Position numbers and translations under genes: made by a program. From IMG/VR virus record IMGVR_UViG_3300032038_000053, positions 1 through 64,000 of that record: 64,000 bases of DNA. One strand, 5' to 3'. How positions within the stretch are numbered: position 1 is the first letter of the stretch; each line of letters starts with the position of its first letter. Of the stretch, positions 21,530-31,736 are shown piece by piece. Source of the stretch: a virus (Duplodnaviria > Caudoviricetes). Below the pieces are notes generated by a model. The model was not told the DNA's origin, searched no databases, and saw only the letters and a list, made by a program, of their open reading frames with translations.

Positions 21530-22114
21530 ATGGCACTTATGAATGGAAATGGTTTTAACAACCAGAACAACAACAACAATGGTGAACCGAAGAAGAAGAG
21601 CAATTTCCGTGTTGGTAGACTCTATGGTGATGACGGTATTCTTGATGTTTCCACATGGAATTCTGACAAGGGTGGTACGTATACTGTGCTGAGTATTAAG
21701 GCAGCGATTGGTAAGGATCCTTCCACTGGTGCAAATGCTTATGAACAGAAGATGGCTTCCGAACTCCCGAGTGTATTCCTGAATGTTGAAAACGTTTGTG
21801 CATTGATCGAAGCAATGAATCTGTCCAAACCCGAAACTGCGAATCTGTCACTTGATTGTGGCCGTTCCAAGATTACCATTGTTGGACAGAATGACAGTGT
21901 TAAGATGACAATTGAAAACCAGAAGAATGGTACTCGCAATGTCACATTCAAGGCAATTTCTGTTGGTTCTTTGAAAGTATATTCCTTCTGGAAAGTACTG
22001 AAAGATTATCTGACAATCTGCTACAAGAAGGCTTCTCGTGTGAGACTGAACATGGAAGAATTTGGTTCTGCATTAGCAGGTGAAGATCAGTCTGATGACG
22101 AAATCCCGTTCTAA
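21530..22114 (+). CDS. Putative single-stranded DNA-binding protein
   Basis: Beta-rich core, acidic C-terminal tail QSDDEIPF (like bacterial SSB DDDIPF), replication context. Confidence 0.55.
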   Translation: MALMNGNGFNNQNNNNNGEPKKKSNFRVGRLYGDDGILDVSTWNSDKGGTYTVLSIKAAIGKDPSTGANAYEQKMASELPSVFLNVENVCALIEAMNLSKPETANLSLDCGRSKITIVGQNDSVKMTIENQKNGTRNVTFKAISVGSLKVYSFWKVLKDYLTICYKKASRVRLNMEEFGSALAGEDQSDDEIPF

Positions 22115-22749
22115 TGATTGATCTGGAAACAATCGGTAAGGCAGGCCTGATTATACAGTACGAAGATGTGATCTCGTTAATGGGATACAATATTGCTGAA
22201 TACTTTAAGCAAAACAAATTGAATGAAAAGTTTGAAAGGATGTCCTACGGGGACATCCTTTTGAGCTATATTAATCGTGAGCATTATGATATCGATGAAT
22301 GGTTTAAAACGGTATTCGATTATCAAATCAATATCAGCAAATTGTTGTCATCTAAAATCATGATGAAACCAAATCTTGTATATGCTTATAAGGTATTTCA
22401 TGAAGCTGCCAAACAAGGAAATTCGAATTTAATGATTTATTCCAATCATTATTCCGATGCGATTGAATCGCTCTTGCCATCTTTCGAAGTTCCTGCATTA
22501 ACATATCAACATGATAATCTCGTGGAGTTATTGAACAACCATCGCAACTGCACCTTTATCACAAATAATCCAGATTCTATTGAATTATGCAAATCTGTAA
22601 AAGCACCATTTGTGTTAACAATCCCGGATGATTTTCAATACATCACAGATATATCATTAGCTGGAATAGATGAGTTACGTAAACAATACAAACTTGTCTT
22701 TTTCACAAGTGTGATCTCTGGTGGTATATCCAATGTGATCCACGATTAA
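22114..22749 (+). CDS. Hypothetical protein, possibly degenerate HAD-like fold
   Basis: Overlaps the previous stop codon; canonical DxD motif absent. Confidence 0.6.
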   Translation: MIDLETIGKAGLIIQYEDVISLMGYNIAEYFKQNKLNEKFERMSYGDILLSYINREHYDIDEWFKTVFDYQINISKLLSSKIMMKPNLVYAYKVFHEAAKQGNSNLMIYSNHYSDAIESLLPSFEVPALTYQHDNLVELLNNHRNCTFITNNPDSIELCKSVKAPFVLTIPDDFQYITDISLAGIDELRKQYKLVFFTSVISGGISNVIHD

Positions 22750-22774
22750 AATATCGAGAGGAGTGCATATTCAA

Positions 22775-24415
22775 ATGAAGAGTAAACCCGAAGTAGTCAA
22801 TAAGTCCCTGTTCTATCTGTATGATCCTGAAGAGACGTACACGTATAATGTGCATCATGGTACGGAGTATCCGTATCATGGTTTTCCCAAAGGTGCAGAT
22901 GGACAGGTGTACAAGAAAACAAGATTCATCGAATGGGAACCGATTCCAGAAGATGTGATTATGCGTTATCTTGGACCGCAAATCATTGTCAATTTTGAAG
23001 CATTATTCCCTGGAGATGTAATTGATCCCGCAATTCAAATCTTCCAATTGCGTAGTAAGAGACCCGAGATTCAGAATCTCATCTGTGAACAGATTAACTT
23101 CTTCACAGCGTTGTATGATGATGATAATGATTTGTTGACATCGATGTTGGTTGCGAAGTACAAGACAGATTCTCAGACGTATACCATTGCCACATTTGAT
23201 GAATTCTATAAGGATATTTATGACACATTATTCCCTCCAAGAACTTTGGAAAAGATTGAAAAGATGGTGTCTGAGAATAATGTCGGCGATAATGTTGTTG
23301 GTTTGTTTCCTGTGGACTTTACTCACGATATGTACAAGGTATCATTTATGATTAAGATCATGCACATCTATGTGGAACACTTCATCCTTTCAACAGGTAA
23401 TGTTCCCAAGGATCTGTATGAGTTGTTTGCACGTGCATTCACACACATCATGAACAATATCAATCCCAACATGTATATCTTACTCTATAACTATGCAAAC
23501 ACAAGAGTCTTACAGACTATTGCATCTAATCAGGCAATCTATGAAATGAGAGCGATTGATGGTGTAACAGCACCGACTACCACACAGCATCTGATGAGAA
23601 AGACATTAATTTGTGATGGTTTGATTAAGCTCACATTTGCATCCGAATGGGATCCCATCCAGAAACGTCCAACGTATTCTTGTGTGGGATTGATTAAGTC
23701 TATTGTCAATCGGTATACCAATAACACTCGTAAAATGCAATTGAGATATTCGTTGATCAATGTTGATGGTGATATCTCACAATTGTTGGCTGATAATGTT
23801 GGTAGTAATGCGCCAATCTCCGTATTGCGCTCTTTCAATCCTGGTGAATACAGTTGCATGTTTAAGGATCTGAATATCATCATTGGTCAAATCATTTTGG
23901 AAATTGATATTGAACCTGTTGATTGGTATTTGGAAAATCTTGTACAAATGAATGATCTTTCAAGAATCTTGGTTGACACCGTGTTGTATAATAAGTTTCA
24001 TTCTTCATTATCGACAAACACATTGACCATGAAGCAGAAGTATATCATTCTGCTGTATGTCCGTCATATGATTATGGATATCTATACTTTATCTGAAGAA
24101 GATACCATTTCACATCCATTGATTAATATCATCATGGGCAAAGTAACCAATACGTCTACAAAGACATTAACTCCCAAGGATTTAAATGGCGTTAAGAAAT
24201 ATGTCAAGTTGAATAATCTGAGAGAGTATCTGTTGTCTGAAAAGAATGTCAATGTGTATGTGGAAAAGATCATTCAGTGTGTGTTATCAAACTATACCAT
24301 TGTCAATCATAATGATCCGTCATTACTGAATACTCCCCTGCTTTATGATTCAGGAAATATGACGGTTGCATTATTGGATATGATTGTATCACTCTTTGAA
24401 GTGATGAGAACGTAA
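22775..24415 (+). CDS. Non-virion RNAP promoter-specificity (sigma-like) subunit, AR9 gp226/phiKZ gp68-like
   Basis: Colinear similarity by eye to recalled AR9 gp226 (IIVNFEALF, EFYKDIYDTLF, RILVDTVLYNKF, ALLDMIVSL); directly upstream of nvRNAP beta'. Confidence 0.6.
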   Translation: MKSKPEVVNKSLFYLYDPEETYTYNVHHGTEYPYHGFPKGADGQVYKKTRFIEWEPIPEDVIMRYLGPQIIVNFEALFPGDVIDPAIQIFQLRSKRPEIQNLICEQINFFTALYDDDNDLLTSMLVAKYKTDSQTYTIATFDEFYKDIYDTLFPPRTLEKIEKMVSENNVGDNVVGLFPVDFTHDMYKVSFMIKIMHIYVEHFILSTGNVPKDLYELFARAFTHIMNNINPNMYILLYNYANTRVLQTIASNQAIYEMRAIDGVTAPTTTQHLMRKTLICDGLIKLTFASEWDPIQKRPTYSCVGLIKSIVNRYTNNTRKMQLRYSLINVDGDISQLLADNVGSNAPISVLRSFNPGEYSCMFKDLNIIIGQIILEIDIEPVDWYLENLVQMNDLSRILVDTVLYNKFHSSLSTNTLTMKQKYIILLYVRHMIMDIYTLSEEDTISHPLINIIMGKVTNTSTKTLTPKDLNGVKKYVKLNNLREYLLSEKNVNVYVEKIIQCVLSNYTIVNHNDPSLLNTPLLYDSGNMTVALLDMIVSLFEVMRT

Positions 24416-24428
24416 TGGAGGTATTCAA

Positions 24429-25820
24429 ATGATTCTGAAACGTATGAATTTGGAAGAAGAATATCTGTTGGACATGTGTACACATAATGGATTTCGTATT
24501 GAGAATGAAGATGTGTATTCTCCCACAGATCCGTCATTGTTGGTGAACTCTTCGAAGTTCACCGACTGTGAGTTCCGTTGTGATTGTGGTGCATTTATCG
24601 GCCAAGATATTCTGGGACAGAAGTGTCCGATGTGTGGAACGGAAATCACTTTGCATTCGCTCAATTTCAAGTATACTGGATGGGTAGATATCTATCCCCA
24701 TCGTGTCATTGCTCCTGCATATTATGCATTGTTGAAACGTGCGATTGGACAGAATATGATTAACTTCATTCTTGGAAATTATAAAGCGGATCACGATGTG
24801 AAGTATAATGACAACGATGAAGAGTTCGAGAAGAAACAGAAGACAAAGAAGCGTGGCCGTGTTGCATCAAATGACATCTCTGCAATTATCAAGAAGATTC
24901 CCAAGAATAAACACATCTACCAGGGAATTGGTCATGATGGGTTTTATGAAAGATTCGAAGAAATCATCACAGCTTGTTATTCCAAACCTCATGCAAAAGA
25001 TATCCAGATGTTATTAGATAATAAAATGGATGTTTTCACATCAAAGATTCCGATTTATTCTACAGCATTCCGTCCCACTAATACAACATCGGAGAGTAAG
25101 TTCTATCCGACAATCAATCGTTACTTGTCCAAGATTGTATCTGTCAATTGTCAACTTCCATTTATGACAATGCAGTTGGAAATCATGCATGCGTTAAATT
25201 GTATTCAGAATAACTGGTTAGAAGCAACGGATTATTTAATTGATTCCGAAATGGATAAAAAGACAGGATTCATTCGTTCTGAGATTGTTGGTGGACCATT
25301 CCAATTCTCTTCCAGAGCTGTTATCACATTGGATCCTTCACTGAATATTGATGAAATCGATCTTCCGTATTCTATGTTAATCATCGTATATCAGTTTAAG
25401 ATTGCTCATATGATTGCCACACGTTATAACATGACATTGGAACAGTCTTGTGAATTCATTAAGAGATACACAGATGATCCAAAGGTTGTTGCTTGTATGG
25501 ATGAAATCATTGCAGCTGGAGCGTGGGCAATTATCTTAAGAGAACCAACAAACAATCTTGCATCCATTTGCTTGTGTAAGATTCGCCGTTACAAATTGGA
25601 TGAGAATGACGATACCATGAGCATTACCATCGAATCATTAGCTGGATTGAATGCAGACTTTGATGGTGATCAGTTGGACATCTTTATCATCCCTGATAAG
25701 CAGTTGTTAGAATGGTTTATGCCGTTTCATTATAGCTGTATGACTAACTATGTTACTGGTGAATTCGATGTATCCTTGCGTGAATGGTTTGCTATCTCAA
25801 TCGGTAGAATGAGTGAATAA
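24429..25820 (+). CDS. Non-virion RNA polymerase beta' subunit, N-terminal part
   Basis: Zn finger CRCGAF...CPMC, FSSRAVI, REP, catalytic NADFDGDQL near the C-terminus. Confidence 0.92.
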   Translation: MILKRMNLEEEYLLDMCTHNGFRIENEDVYSPTDPSLLVNSSKFTDCEFRCDCGAFIGQDILGQKCPMCGTEITLHSLNFKYTGWVDIYPHRVIAPAYYALLKRAIGQNMINFILGNYKADHDVKYNDNDEEFEKKQKTKKRGRVASNDISAIIKKIPKNKHIYQGIGHDGFYERFEEIITACYSKPHAKDIQMLLDNKMDVFTSKIPIYSTAFRPTNTTSESKFYPTINRYLSKIVSVNCQLPFMTMQLEIMHALNCIQNNWLEATDYLIDSEMDKKTGFIRSEIVGGPFQFSSRAVITLDPSLNIDEIDLPYSMLIIVYQFKIAHMIATRYNMTLEQSCEFIKRYTDDPKVVACMDEIIAAGAWAIILREPTNNLASICLCKIRRYKLDENDDTMSITIESLAGLNADFDGDQLDIFIIPDKQLLEWFMPFHYSCMTNYVTGEFDVSLREWFAISIGRMSE

Positions 25821-25824
25821 TGAA

Positions 25825-25846
25825 TTCCCCGGCTTAGCCGGGGATT
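25825..25846 (+). terminator. Intrinsic terminator
   Basis: TCCCCGGC-TTA-GCCGGGGA followed by TTTTT. Confidence 0.7.
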
Positions 25847-25897
25847 TTTCATATTTGTATATTGATATATTTATTGTGTAAGGAGGTGGTGATATAC

Positions 25898-25960
25898 ATG
25901 GATGTATATTATGTAATTACCAAAACTAATGAAAAACAATTAAAGGAGGAGATCGTATGA
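25898..25960 (+). CDS. 20-aa leader peptide MDVYYVITKTNEKQLKEEIV overlapping the ligase start (ATGA)
   Basis: Strong RBS AGGAGGTGG; stop overlaps the ligase ATG. Confidence 0.5.
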   Translation: MDVYYVITKTNEKQLKEEIV

Positions 25961-27912
25961 TCACAAGAGAAGAACTGGATATGTACACGAAGGCATATAC
26001 AGCAGGAACGCCTATTATTACAGATGAGGAATTTGACAAACTGCTGGAAGAGTATGTATCCAAGAATGGCGAAGAAGCAAGACCGTTTACACGTAACAAG
26101 CAGAGTGCAGCAATCAATGATGTTGTAGGAACATTACCCAAAGTTCACGGTGTCAAAGAACCCATGAGACCCGGACAGAAGACTTATGCAGACTGGGTAG
26201 ATAGTTTATTGAATCATGGCGTATGTGACGATGTTACGGTAATTGTACAGGTCAAGTATGACGGATGCAGCATTGCCTTGGATGTCAAGACTGGTAGATA
26301 TTTCACCCGTGGAGATTATGACAATGGCGAAAGCATGGATGTCACGGAGTTGTTTGGCCGTCGTGTATCCATGCATGGAGATGCAAATGATTTTGCTGGA
26401 TTGATGTCCGTTAAGTTTGAAGCAATTATGTCCGAAGAAGCATTCCATGAATTAGGACTTGATCAGAAATATGTGAATGCAAGAGCAGCCACATCTGCCA
26501 TCATCATGTCTCGTGATAAGAAATTGGCTCAGTATATCTCCTTACAACCGTTACGTTGTTACTATGCTGATGGTGGCATGACAATCCCAGAGGAACTGGG
26601 ACGACTCAGTGTGATCTGTTCCTTGGATGCATTTGATATCATCCAGAATTTCATCGATGAAAAATTAGCAGATGGCGCAAAGGTATTGGTTTGTAAAGAA
26701 GGGCCATATGCAATTACCAATGCGCATTATGCAATTGATGGTGTTGTCGTATCTGTATTGGAAAACGATCATAGTTGTGAATTGATGAAACCTCACATGG
26801 AGATTGCCATTAAGATTCTCAACAATATTAAAGAGACAAAGATTATTGATATTGAATGGCAAATGGGAAAGACTGGTAAGATTACACCTGTTGGTATTCT
26901 GGAACCTGTAACATTCGATAATGGGGTCACAGTGGATCATGTTAGTTTATCTACATTTGATCGTGTTTATAACTTGGGATTGCATTATGGAGATACCGTC
27001 AGAGTGATGCATAACATTGTGCCATATCTCTTGGACAGTAAACATGATGGGTGTATGATTATTCCATTACCAACTAGCTGTCCGATTTGTGGTTCTCCAC
27101 TCGATACGTCAAATCTCAAAACAGTTCGTTGCACCAATCCCAATTGTAAGAATAATAAACTTGGCGATATCATTCGTTATTGTGAGAACATGAAGATGAT
27201 GGGAATCTCCAAGGGTATCTTGTCGAAGTTATATGATTTGGGTTATGTCAGAACGATTGCTGATCTGTATACGATCAATTATGAAGAATTAGCATTAGAA
27301 CGTGGGTTTGCAACAACATCTGTTCGTGCATTACAAGATTCAATTAGAAAAGCATCCGTTAATGTTCCATTGGAAAGATTCCTGTCTGCGTTGCCATGCA
27401 CCAATGTATCAAAGAAGACATGGAGAATGATTTTGGATTCCCGTGTCAATCAGACATTCATGGAGACAGGAGATGGTGAAACAGAACAGCATATTTGTGA
27501 TGCATTAGTCGAAGAATCACCTAACAACTTCTTGAAACTCATTACCGGATTCACATATGGTGTTGGCGATACGACATGGAAAGCAATTCACTTTGGGATC
27601 CGCACCTATTGGGGTGACATTTCCCGTGCCGCATATAATGTTGCTTTTCAAGTTAATTATCTGACCGATGATGATAGAAATAGTAATGGACTCGTGTGCT
27701 TCACTGGACATCGTGATCGTGACTTGGCAGCTTTGCTTGCACAGAATGGTTATGACGTAACTGATGATTTGACAAACAGCTGTGTTGCCCTGGTAATTCC
27801 GGATGAAGGATATTTCTCATCTAAGGTGAAGAGAGCAATCAAGAAAGGTATCCCGATTTTGACAATTGATTCTGCAACATCCAATTTGAATAGTATGCAT
27901 AAGATTGTGTAA
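25957..27912 (+). CDS. ligA: NAD-dependent DNA ligase
   Basis: KYDG adenylation motif, RGD, IDGVVV, MGKTGKITPV, Zn finger CPICG...CTNPNC, HhH region, C-terminal BRCT. Confidence 0.93.
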   Translation: MITREELDMYTKAYTAGTPIITDEEFDKLLEEYVSKNGEEARPFTRNKQSAAINDVVGTLPKVHGVKEPMRPGQKTYADWVDSLLNHGVCDDVTVIVQVKYDGCSIALDVKTGRYFTRGDYDNGESMDVTELFGRRVSMHGDANDFAGLMSVKFEAIMSEEAFHELGLDQKYVNARAATSAIIMSRDKKLAQYISLQPLRCYYADGGMTIPEELGRLSVICSLDAFDIIQNFIDEKLADGAKVLVCKEGPYAITNAHYAIDGVVVSVLENDHSCELMKPHMEIAIKILNNIKETKIIDIEWQMGKTGKITPVGILEPVTFDNGVTVDHVSLSTFDRVYNLGLHYGDTVRVMHNIVPYLLDSKHDGCMIIPLPTSCPICGSPLDTSNLKTVRCTNPNCKNNKLGDIIRYCENMKMMGISKGILSKLYDLGYVRTIADLYTINYEELALERGFATTSVRALQDSIRKASVNVPLERFLSALPCTNVSKKTWRMILDSRVNQTFMETGDGETEQHICDALVEESPNNFLKLITGFTYGVGDTTWKAIHFGIRTYWGDISRAAYNVAFQVNYLTDDDRNSNGLVCFTGHRDRDLAALLAQNGYDVTDDLTNSCVALVIPDEGYFSSKVKRAIKKGIPILTIDSATSNLNSMHKIV

Positions 27913-28000
27913 TGAATAACCCCCGCATTTCGCGGGGGTTTCTTTTTTATACCAACTATTATAACACAATCCAATACCAAAATTTGAAAGGATGATGCAT

Positions 28001-28726
28001 ATGGATCAACGTAAAAAAGAAGACAACATGGTGGAACGTTTAAAGCACCCGGATGAACAAGGTAGTTCCAACAAAGCCATTTGCCAGATGATCAATCACG
28101 CATATCAGAGTAAACATGAAGTGTGGCTTGCAACAGATTGGCATTTGTGGAAACGCAGATCAAAGAACAGACCTTCTTGTGTAAAACGTTCTGATTTTAA
28201 ACAGATCATCAATAATATCTTGAACACGGTTAAACATGATGACTTGTTGATCTACATGGGTGATTTGGTAGATGGAGAATTCTTAATCAAAAAAGAATTA
28301 AAAGATGTATTATTGGAAATTAGTTGTCCCAAGATTCTCGTACGTGGTAACAATGATTTGTTTCCAGATTCATTCTACAAAGAATGTGGATTTTCGCATG
28401 TTGTTGATTCTTTTGTTTGGAATGATATTCTGTTTACACATATGCCTGTGAAGAATGATCACAAATTGAATATTCATGGACATCTTCATGGATGTCGTAA
28501 TTATTGGATACCGTACGTCAATCAGATTGATGTTGGTGCTTATGGCGGGAGAAAAAACCCAATCAAATTAGATGAGTTAATGGTGGAGCAACAGGAATAT
28601 GCAAAGACAATCAAAGAATCTCCTGAACATTTCAATGAGATGGAATTGATGGAATATGATATGTCATTGTATATGCGTGTGATGGAAGAAGGATCTGATT
28701 TTGTTCATGATCCATGGTATGATTGA
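28001..28726 (+). CDS. Calcineurin-like metallophosphoesterase
   Basis: TDWH, GDLVD, RGNND, FTHMP, HGHLH motifs. Confidence 0.85.
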   Translation: MDQRKKEDNMVERLKHPDEQGSSNKAICQMINHAYQSKHEVWLATDWHLWKRRSKNRPSCVKRSDFKQIINNILNTVKHDDLLIYMGDLVDGEFLIKKELKDVLLEISCPKILVRGNNDLFPDSFYKECGFSHVVDSFVWNDILFTHMPVKNDHKLNIHGHLHGCRNYWIPYVNQIDVGAYGGRKNPIKLDELMVEQQEYAKTIKESPEHFNEMELMEYDMSLYMRVMEEGSDFVHDPWYD

Positions 28727-28741
28727 TTAGGAGGAATTCAT

Positions 28742-29332
28742 ATGAAGCTCATTGATTATTTTATCAAAGAAAAGACGTATGATCATTTCAACAAGGATAA
28801 CAAAGTACTGCATGTCGGTGATCAGTATAAAGTCAAATTGATTACAAAAAATGGTGTGGTGTATGAACGCATCTATGTGCTGACAGCCGTTTACGATACA
28901 GAACTTCGTTTTGAGAATCCGTTTTTCAGAACTGAGAAACTGTTAATGTATCTTGAAGATGTGAATAAAGTTGTTCTTTCGAAAATGAATGGTGAAGAGA
29001 TCCCATGGGATAATGTGGCATTGATTAAGAATGATGTGAAATATTCAATTGACACATCAAAACTCCGTGAAGGTGGTGTATATCGTTTATCCGTCAAGGA
29101 CGATGAACGATTAAAAAATGCAATCATTTGGATTGAAGATATCGATCGCAATAGTTGCTTTCATTTCTTATATCAACGCAAATTTGCCAATCCTCTTGGA
29201 GACTTTGACACATTCAGTTATCGTGATGGATTATATATCGATGAGATTGTCAAGAATCCTGATAATTATGAATTAGAACCTTTGTTTGAATATACAAATG
29301 AAGAGATAGTTAATAAGGAGGAATTATTATGA
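28742..29332 (+). CDS. Hypothetical protein with two copies of a small beta-domain
   Basis: LHVGDQYKV and LREGGVYRL repeats shared with neighbouring genes. Confidence 0.7.
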   Translation: MKLIDYFIKEKTYDHFNKDNKVLHVGDQYKVKLITKNGVVYERIYVLTAVYDTELRFENPFFRTEKLLMYLEDVNKVVLSKMNGEEIPWDNVALIKNDVKYSIDTSKLREGGVYRLSVKDDERLKNAIIWIEDIDRNSCFHFLYQRKFANPLGDFDTFSYRDGLYIDEIVKNPDNYELEPLFEYTNEEIVNKEELL

Positions 29333-29598
29333 ATTTTATGTATCCCGTAAAGGAATATGAGTTTGATGTTAATGAACTGGTAATTGGTAACGCATACCAG
29401 ATCAAAGAGATGAACGGGTCTAATCTTATGATTAAGAATGGCGTCCTCGTACGTAAATCTCCAAAGCAACTTGTGTTTGCATCTACACGTATGATTCAGG
29501 GTAATTATGAAATTTATAAATTGGAAATTGAACCAAAAGAAGGTACAATAATTGATGAGCTGAAGACATTACCAGAATTCATGTCAATTAAAAAATAA
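29329..29598 (+). CDS. Small paralogous beta-domain protein
   Basis: LVIGNAYQI motif; overlapping start. Confidence 0.7.
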   Translation: MNFMYPVKEYEFDVNELVIGNAYQIKEMNGSNLMIKNGVLVRKSPKQLVFASTRMIQGNYEIYKLEIEPKEGTIIDELKTLPEFMSIKK

Positions 29599-29606
29599 AA
29601 AAGGAG

Positions 29607-29882
29607 ATGATAATCATGAATGAATTCACAAAGCAAGTTATGGTGACAAAATTTAATATTGATGCATTGCATATTGGACATGCGTATTATGTCGAAGCAA
29701 AGGTAGAAAATTGGCCATCTGCAGAGGATCGTCGTTTATATGGAATATTGCTTAAACGAACCGAAGATTCCATTCTTTTTGCCACAAATAAAGTATGTTA
29801 TGATTCAGACGACGGTAGACTTGAAAGTTTCAAACCAAATGAGATCATAAGATTGGTAGAATTGAAGGTTGATGAAGAATGA
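29607..29882 (+). CDS. Small paralogous beta-domain protein
   Basis: LHIGHAYYV motif; RBS AAGGAG. Confidence 0.7.
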   Translation: MIIMNEFTKQVMVTKFNIDALHIGHAYYVEAKVENWPSAEDRRLYGILLKRTEDSILFATNKVCYDSDDGRLESFKPNEIIRLVELKVDEE

Positions 29883-30931
29883 TATTCTTTTTAGCAGATA
29901 TCCATTTGGGAGTGAAACTTCCACAAGAAGACTTTATGAATTCATTGGATCAAATGTTTACCATCATTCGTAATAGTAAAGAACCATGCGATTTGATCAT
30001 TGTTGCTGGTGATTTGTTTGATCATAATTTGAACATTGATGAGTCTATTTTCGCCGTACAATTCTTAGTGAAGTTGGTATTGAATGATTGTGGAAAAGGG
30101 GATATGAAACATATCCCCGTTCACTTCATTGAAGGGACATTTTCTCATGATCGTAAACAAATGAAAATCTTTATGCCATTACTGGAGAATCTGCCATGCT
30201 CCGTGTTCTACACGGATACATGGTGTAAAGTGGAATTACCAAATGGGATGAAGGCATTGTATCTCCCACAAGAATATGGTAATGTGGACTACTCTGATGC
30301 ATTCAATGAACATTATGATTTGATTGTGGGGCATGGACCTATCTCATCTCAGAACAAACAAGTAGTCACATCTCATGGTACAGAAATCATGCATTCGGTG
30401 GAAATGTTGGGTGAGCATTCTGACTTGTGTGTATTTGGTCACTATCATGAATACACTGATTTTGGGAATGGTGTATATTATGCAGGATCCATGTTGCGGT
30501 TTCGATATCATGAAGATACTCTAAAAGTATTCTTTATGTGCGATAAAGACTTTAAAGTCACAACTGCCAAGAATCCATTTGCAAAAGAATTTAAAACCAT
30601 TGAGATTCACAATCCTGAAGAATTACGTGATGAATTATCCAAGCAAATCGATTCTCCACATCGATTTGTCATCAGCACCACAAATGATCAAGAGTTGGAA
30701 GCATATCATGCGATTATGAACACCACAAAACAAAATCAGTTTGTGAAGTTTAAGATTGAACGAACGGAAGAAGTTGTGGAAGAAGATAAGTTGGATGTTA
30801 TCCAGCATTCTAATGTGGTTGAACCAATCGAGGGTTTGTTACAATTTATCAACGAGAAATACAATGTGGATGTGACGAAAGAGGTGAGAGAATATGAAGA
30901 CAAAATCAAACAAGAAACCACCAAAAAATGA
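29879..30931 (+). CDS. sbcD: SbcD/Mre11-like DNA repair nuclease
   Basis: ADIHLG, AGDLFD, EGTFSHD, GHG, GHYH phosphoesterase motifs plus C-terminal capping domain. Confidence 0.8.
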   Translation: MIFFLADIHLGVKLPQEDFMNSLDQMFTIIRNSKEPCDLIIVAGDLFDHNLNIDESIFAVQFLVKLVLNDCGKGDMKHIPVHFIEGTFSHDRKQMKIFMPLLENLPCSVFYTDTWCKVELPNGMKALYLPQEYGNVDYSDAFNEHYDLIVGHGPISSQNKQVVTSHGTEIMHSVEMLGEHSDLCVFGHYHEYTDFGNGVYYAGSMLRFRYHEDTLKVFFMCDKDFKVTTAKNPFAKEFKTIEIHNPEELRDELSKQIDSPHRFVISTTNDQELEAYHAIMNTTKQNQFVKFKIERTEEVVEEDKLDVIQHSNVVEPIEGLLQFINEKYNVDVTKEVREYEDKIKQETTKK

Positions 30932-31085
30932 TTGGAATTGGAATAATTTCATCATCATTCTCATTTACCTTATTTTGACAATCTATTTTGGTAGCAAGTT
31001 ATTTAATCATGGGACAATCGTTGTTGGTTGTCCCGCACCGTCCGATAGTACTCGAGAAATTTATGTAAGGGAGATATCACAATGA
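30894..31085 (+). CDS. Small membrane protein (63 aa)
   Basis: RBS GAGGTG; one hydrophobic segment. Confidence 0.6.
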   Translation: MKTKSNKKPPKNDWNWNNFIIILIYLILTIYFGSKLFNHGTIVVGCPAPSDSTREIYVREISQ

Positions 31086-31306
31086 AAGATCAACCAATTC
31101 AATTTGTCATCGGATATTTCAATATTGGAGATACATATTCCGTGACAAGTAATTATGAAAGCAAATTCGTTGGAAAAGTAATCGATCTGGATGATAACAT
31201 TTCACCAAAGATCGTGACATTTGAAACCGTTTATGGTGCATTAAAGATCACCGCAGAAATGGCTGTAACACAGAATTATCGTTTTGAAAAACTGAAAGGA
31301 GAATGA
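31082..31306 (+). CDS. Small paralogous beta-domain protein
   Basis: FNIGDTYSV motif. Confidence 0.65.
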   Translation: MKDQPIQFVIGYFNIGDTYSVTSNYESKFVGKVIDLDDNISPKIVTFETVYGALKITAEMAVTQNYRFEKLKGE

Positions 31307-31309
31307 ACA

Positions 31310-31597
31310 ATGAAGAATGAACCGATTGTGCTTAGAACAGAGCAATGGAATCACAAGAAGCTTGTTGTCGGGAAAGCATACTTGCTGTATGATAAGGACA
31401 ACATGGTTGGTCAACATGTGATGTTGCGCAAGATTCACAATGGGCCACATCCTTCATTAGAATTCATTTACCCCGTATGGGATGATAAAGTAAAAGTGAA
31501 ATCCATTTTCATTGGTTCTAGTGAGGATCAGCTGAACATGTTTTTGATTTCCCCACTTGAAGAAAATATTGATGAGGAATCTATTTATAATGCTTAA
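31310..31597 (+). CDS. Small paralogous beta-domain protein
   Basis: LVVGKAYLL motif; RBS AAAGGAG. Confidence 0.65.
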   Translation: MKNEPIVLRTEQWNHKKLVVGKAYLLYDKDNMVGQHVMLRKIHNGPHPSLEFIYPVWDDKVKVKSIFIGSSEDQLNMFLISPLEENIDEESIYNA

Positions 31598-31613
31598 TCA
31601 GGAGAGATGATTT

Positions 31614-31736
31614 ATGAAGAAGATTACATTAAGAAAAGTTGTATTAGTATTGGCACTTGCATTGACTGGTTTGTCCATTTCTACAGATGTCTATCGTGTC
31701 AACAAAATGGTGGAGGAGTTGTTTGAAGATGAATGA
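31614..31736 (+). CDS. 40-aa membrane-anchored peptide (MKKITLRKVVLVLALALTGL...)
   Basis: Read by hand; RBS GGAG; basic N-terminus then hydrophobic stretch. Confidence 0.55.
   Translation: MKKITLRKVVLVLALALTGLSISTDVYRVNKMVEELFEDE

Noticed and set aside
22775-24415. Chimallin (nuclear shell protein), suggested by its position between polB and nvRNAP beta'
   Set aside because: The sequence aligns by eye much better with the AR9 gp226-type sigma-like subunit; confirm with a profile search.
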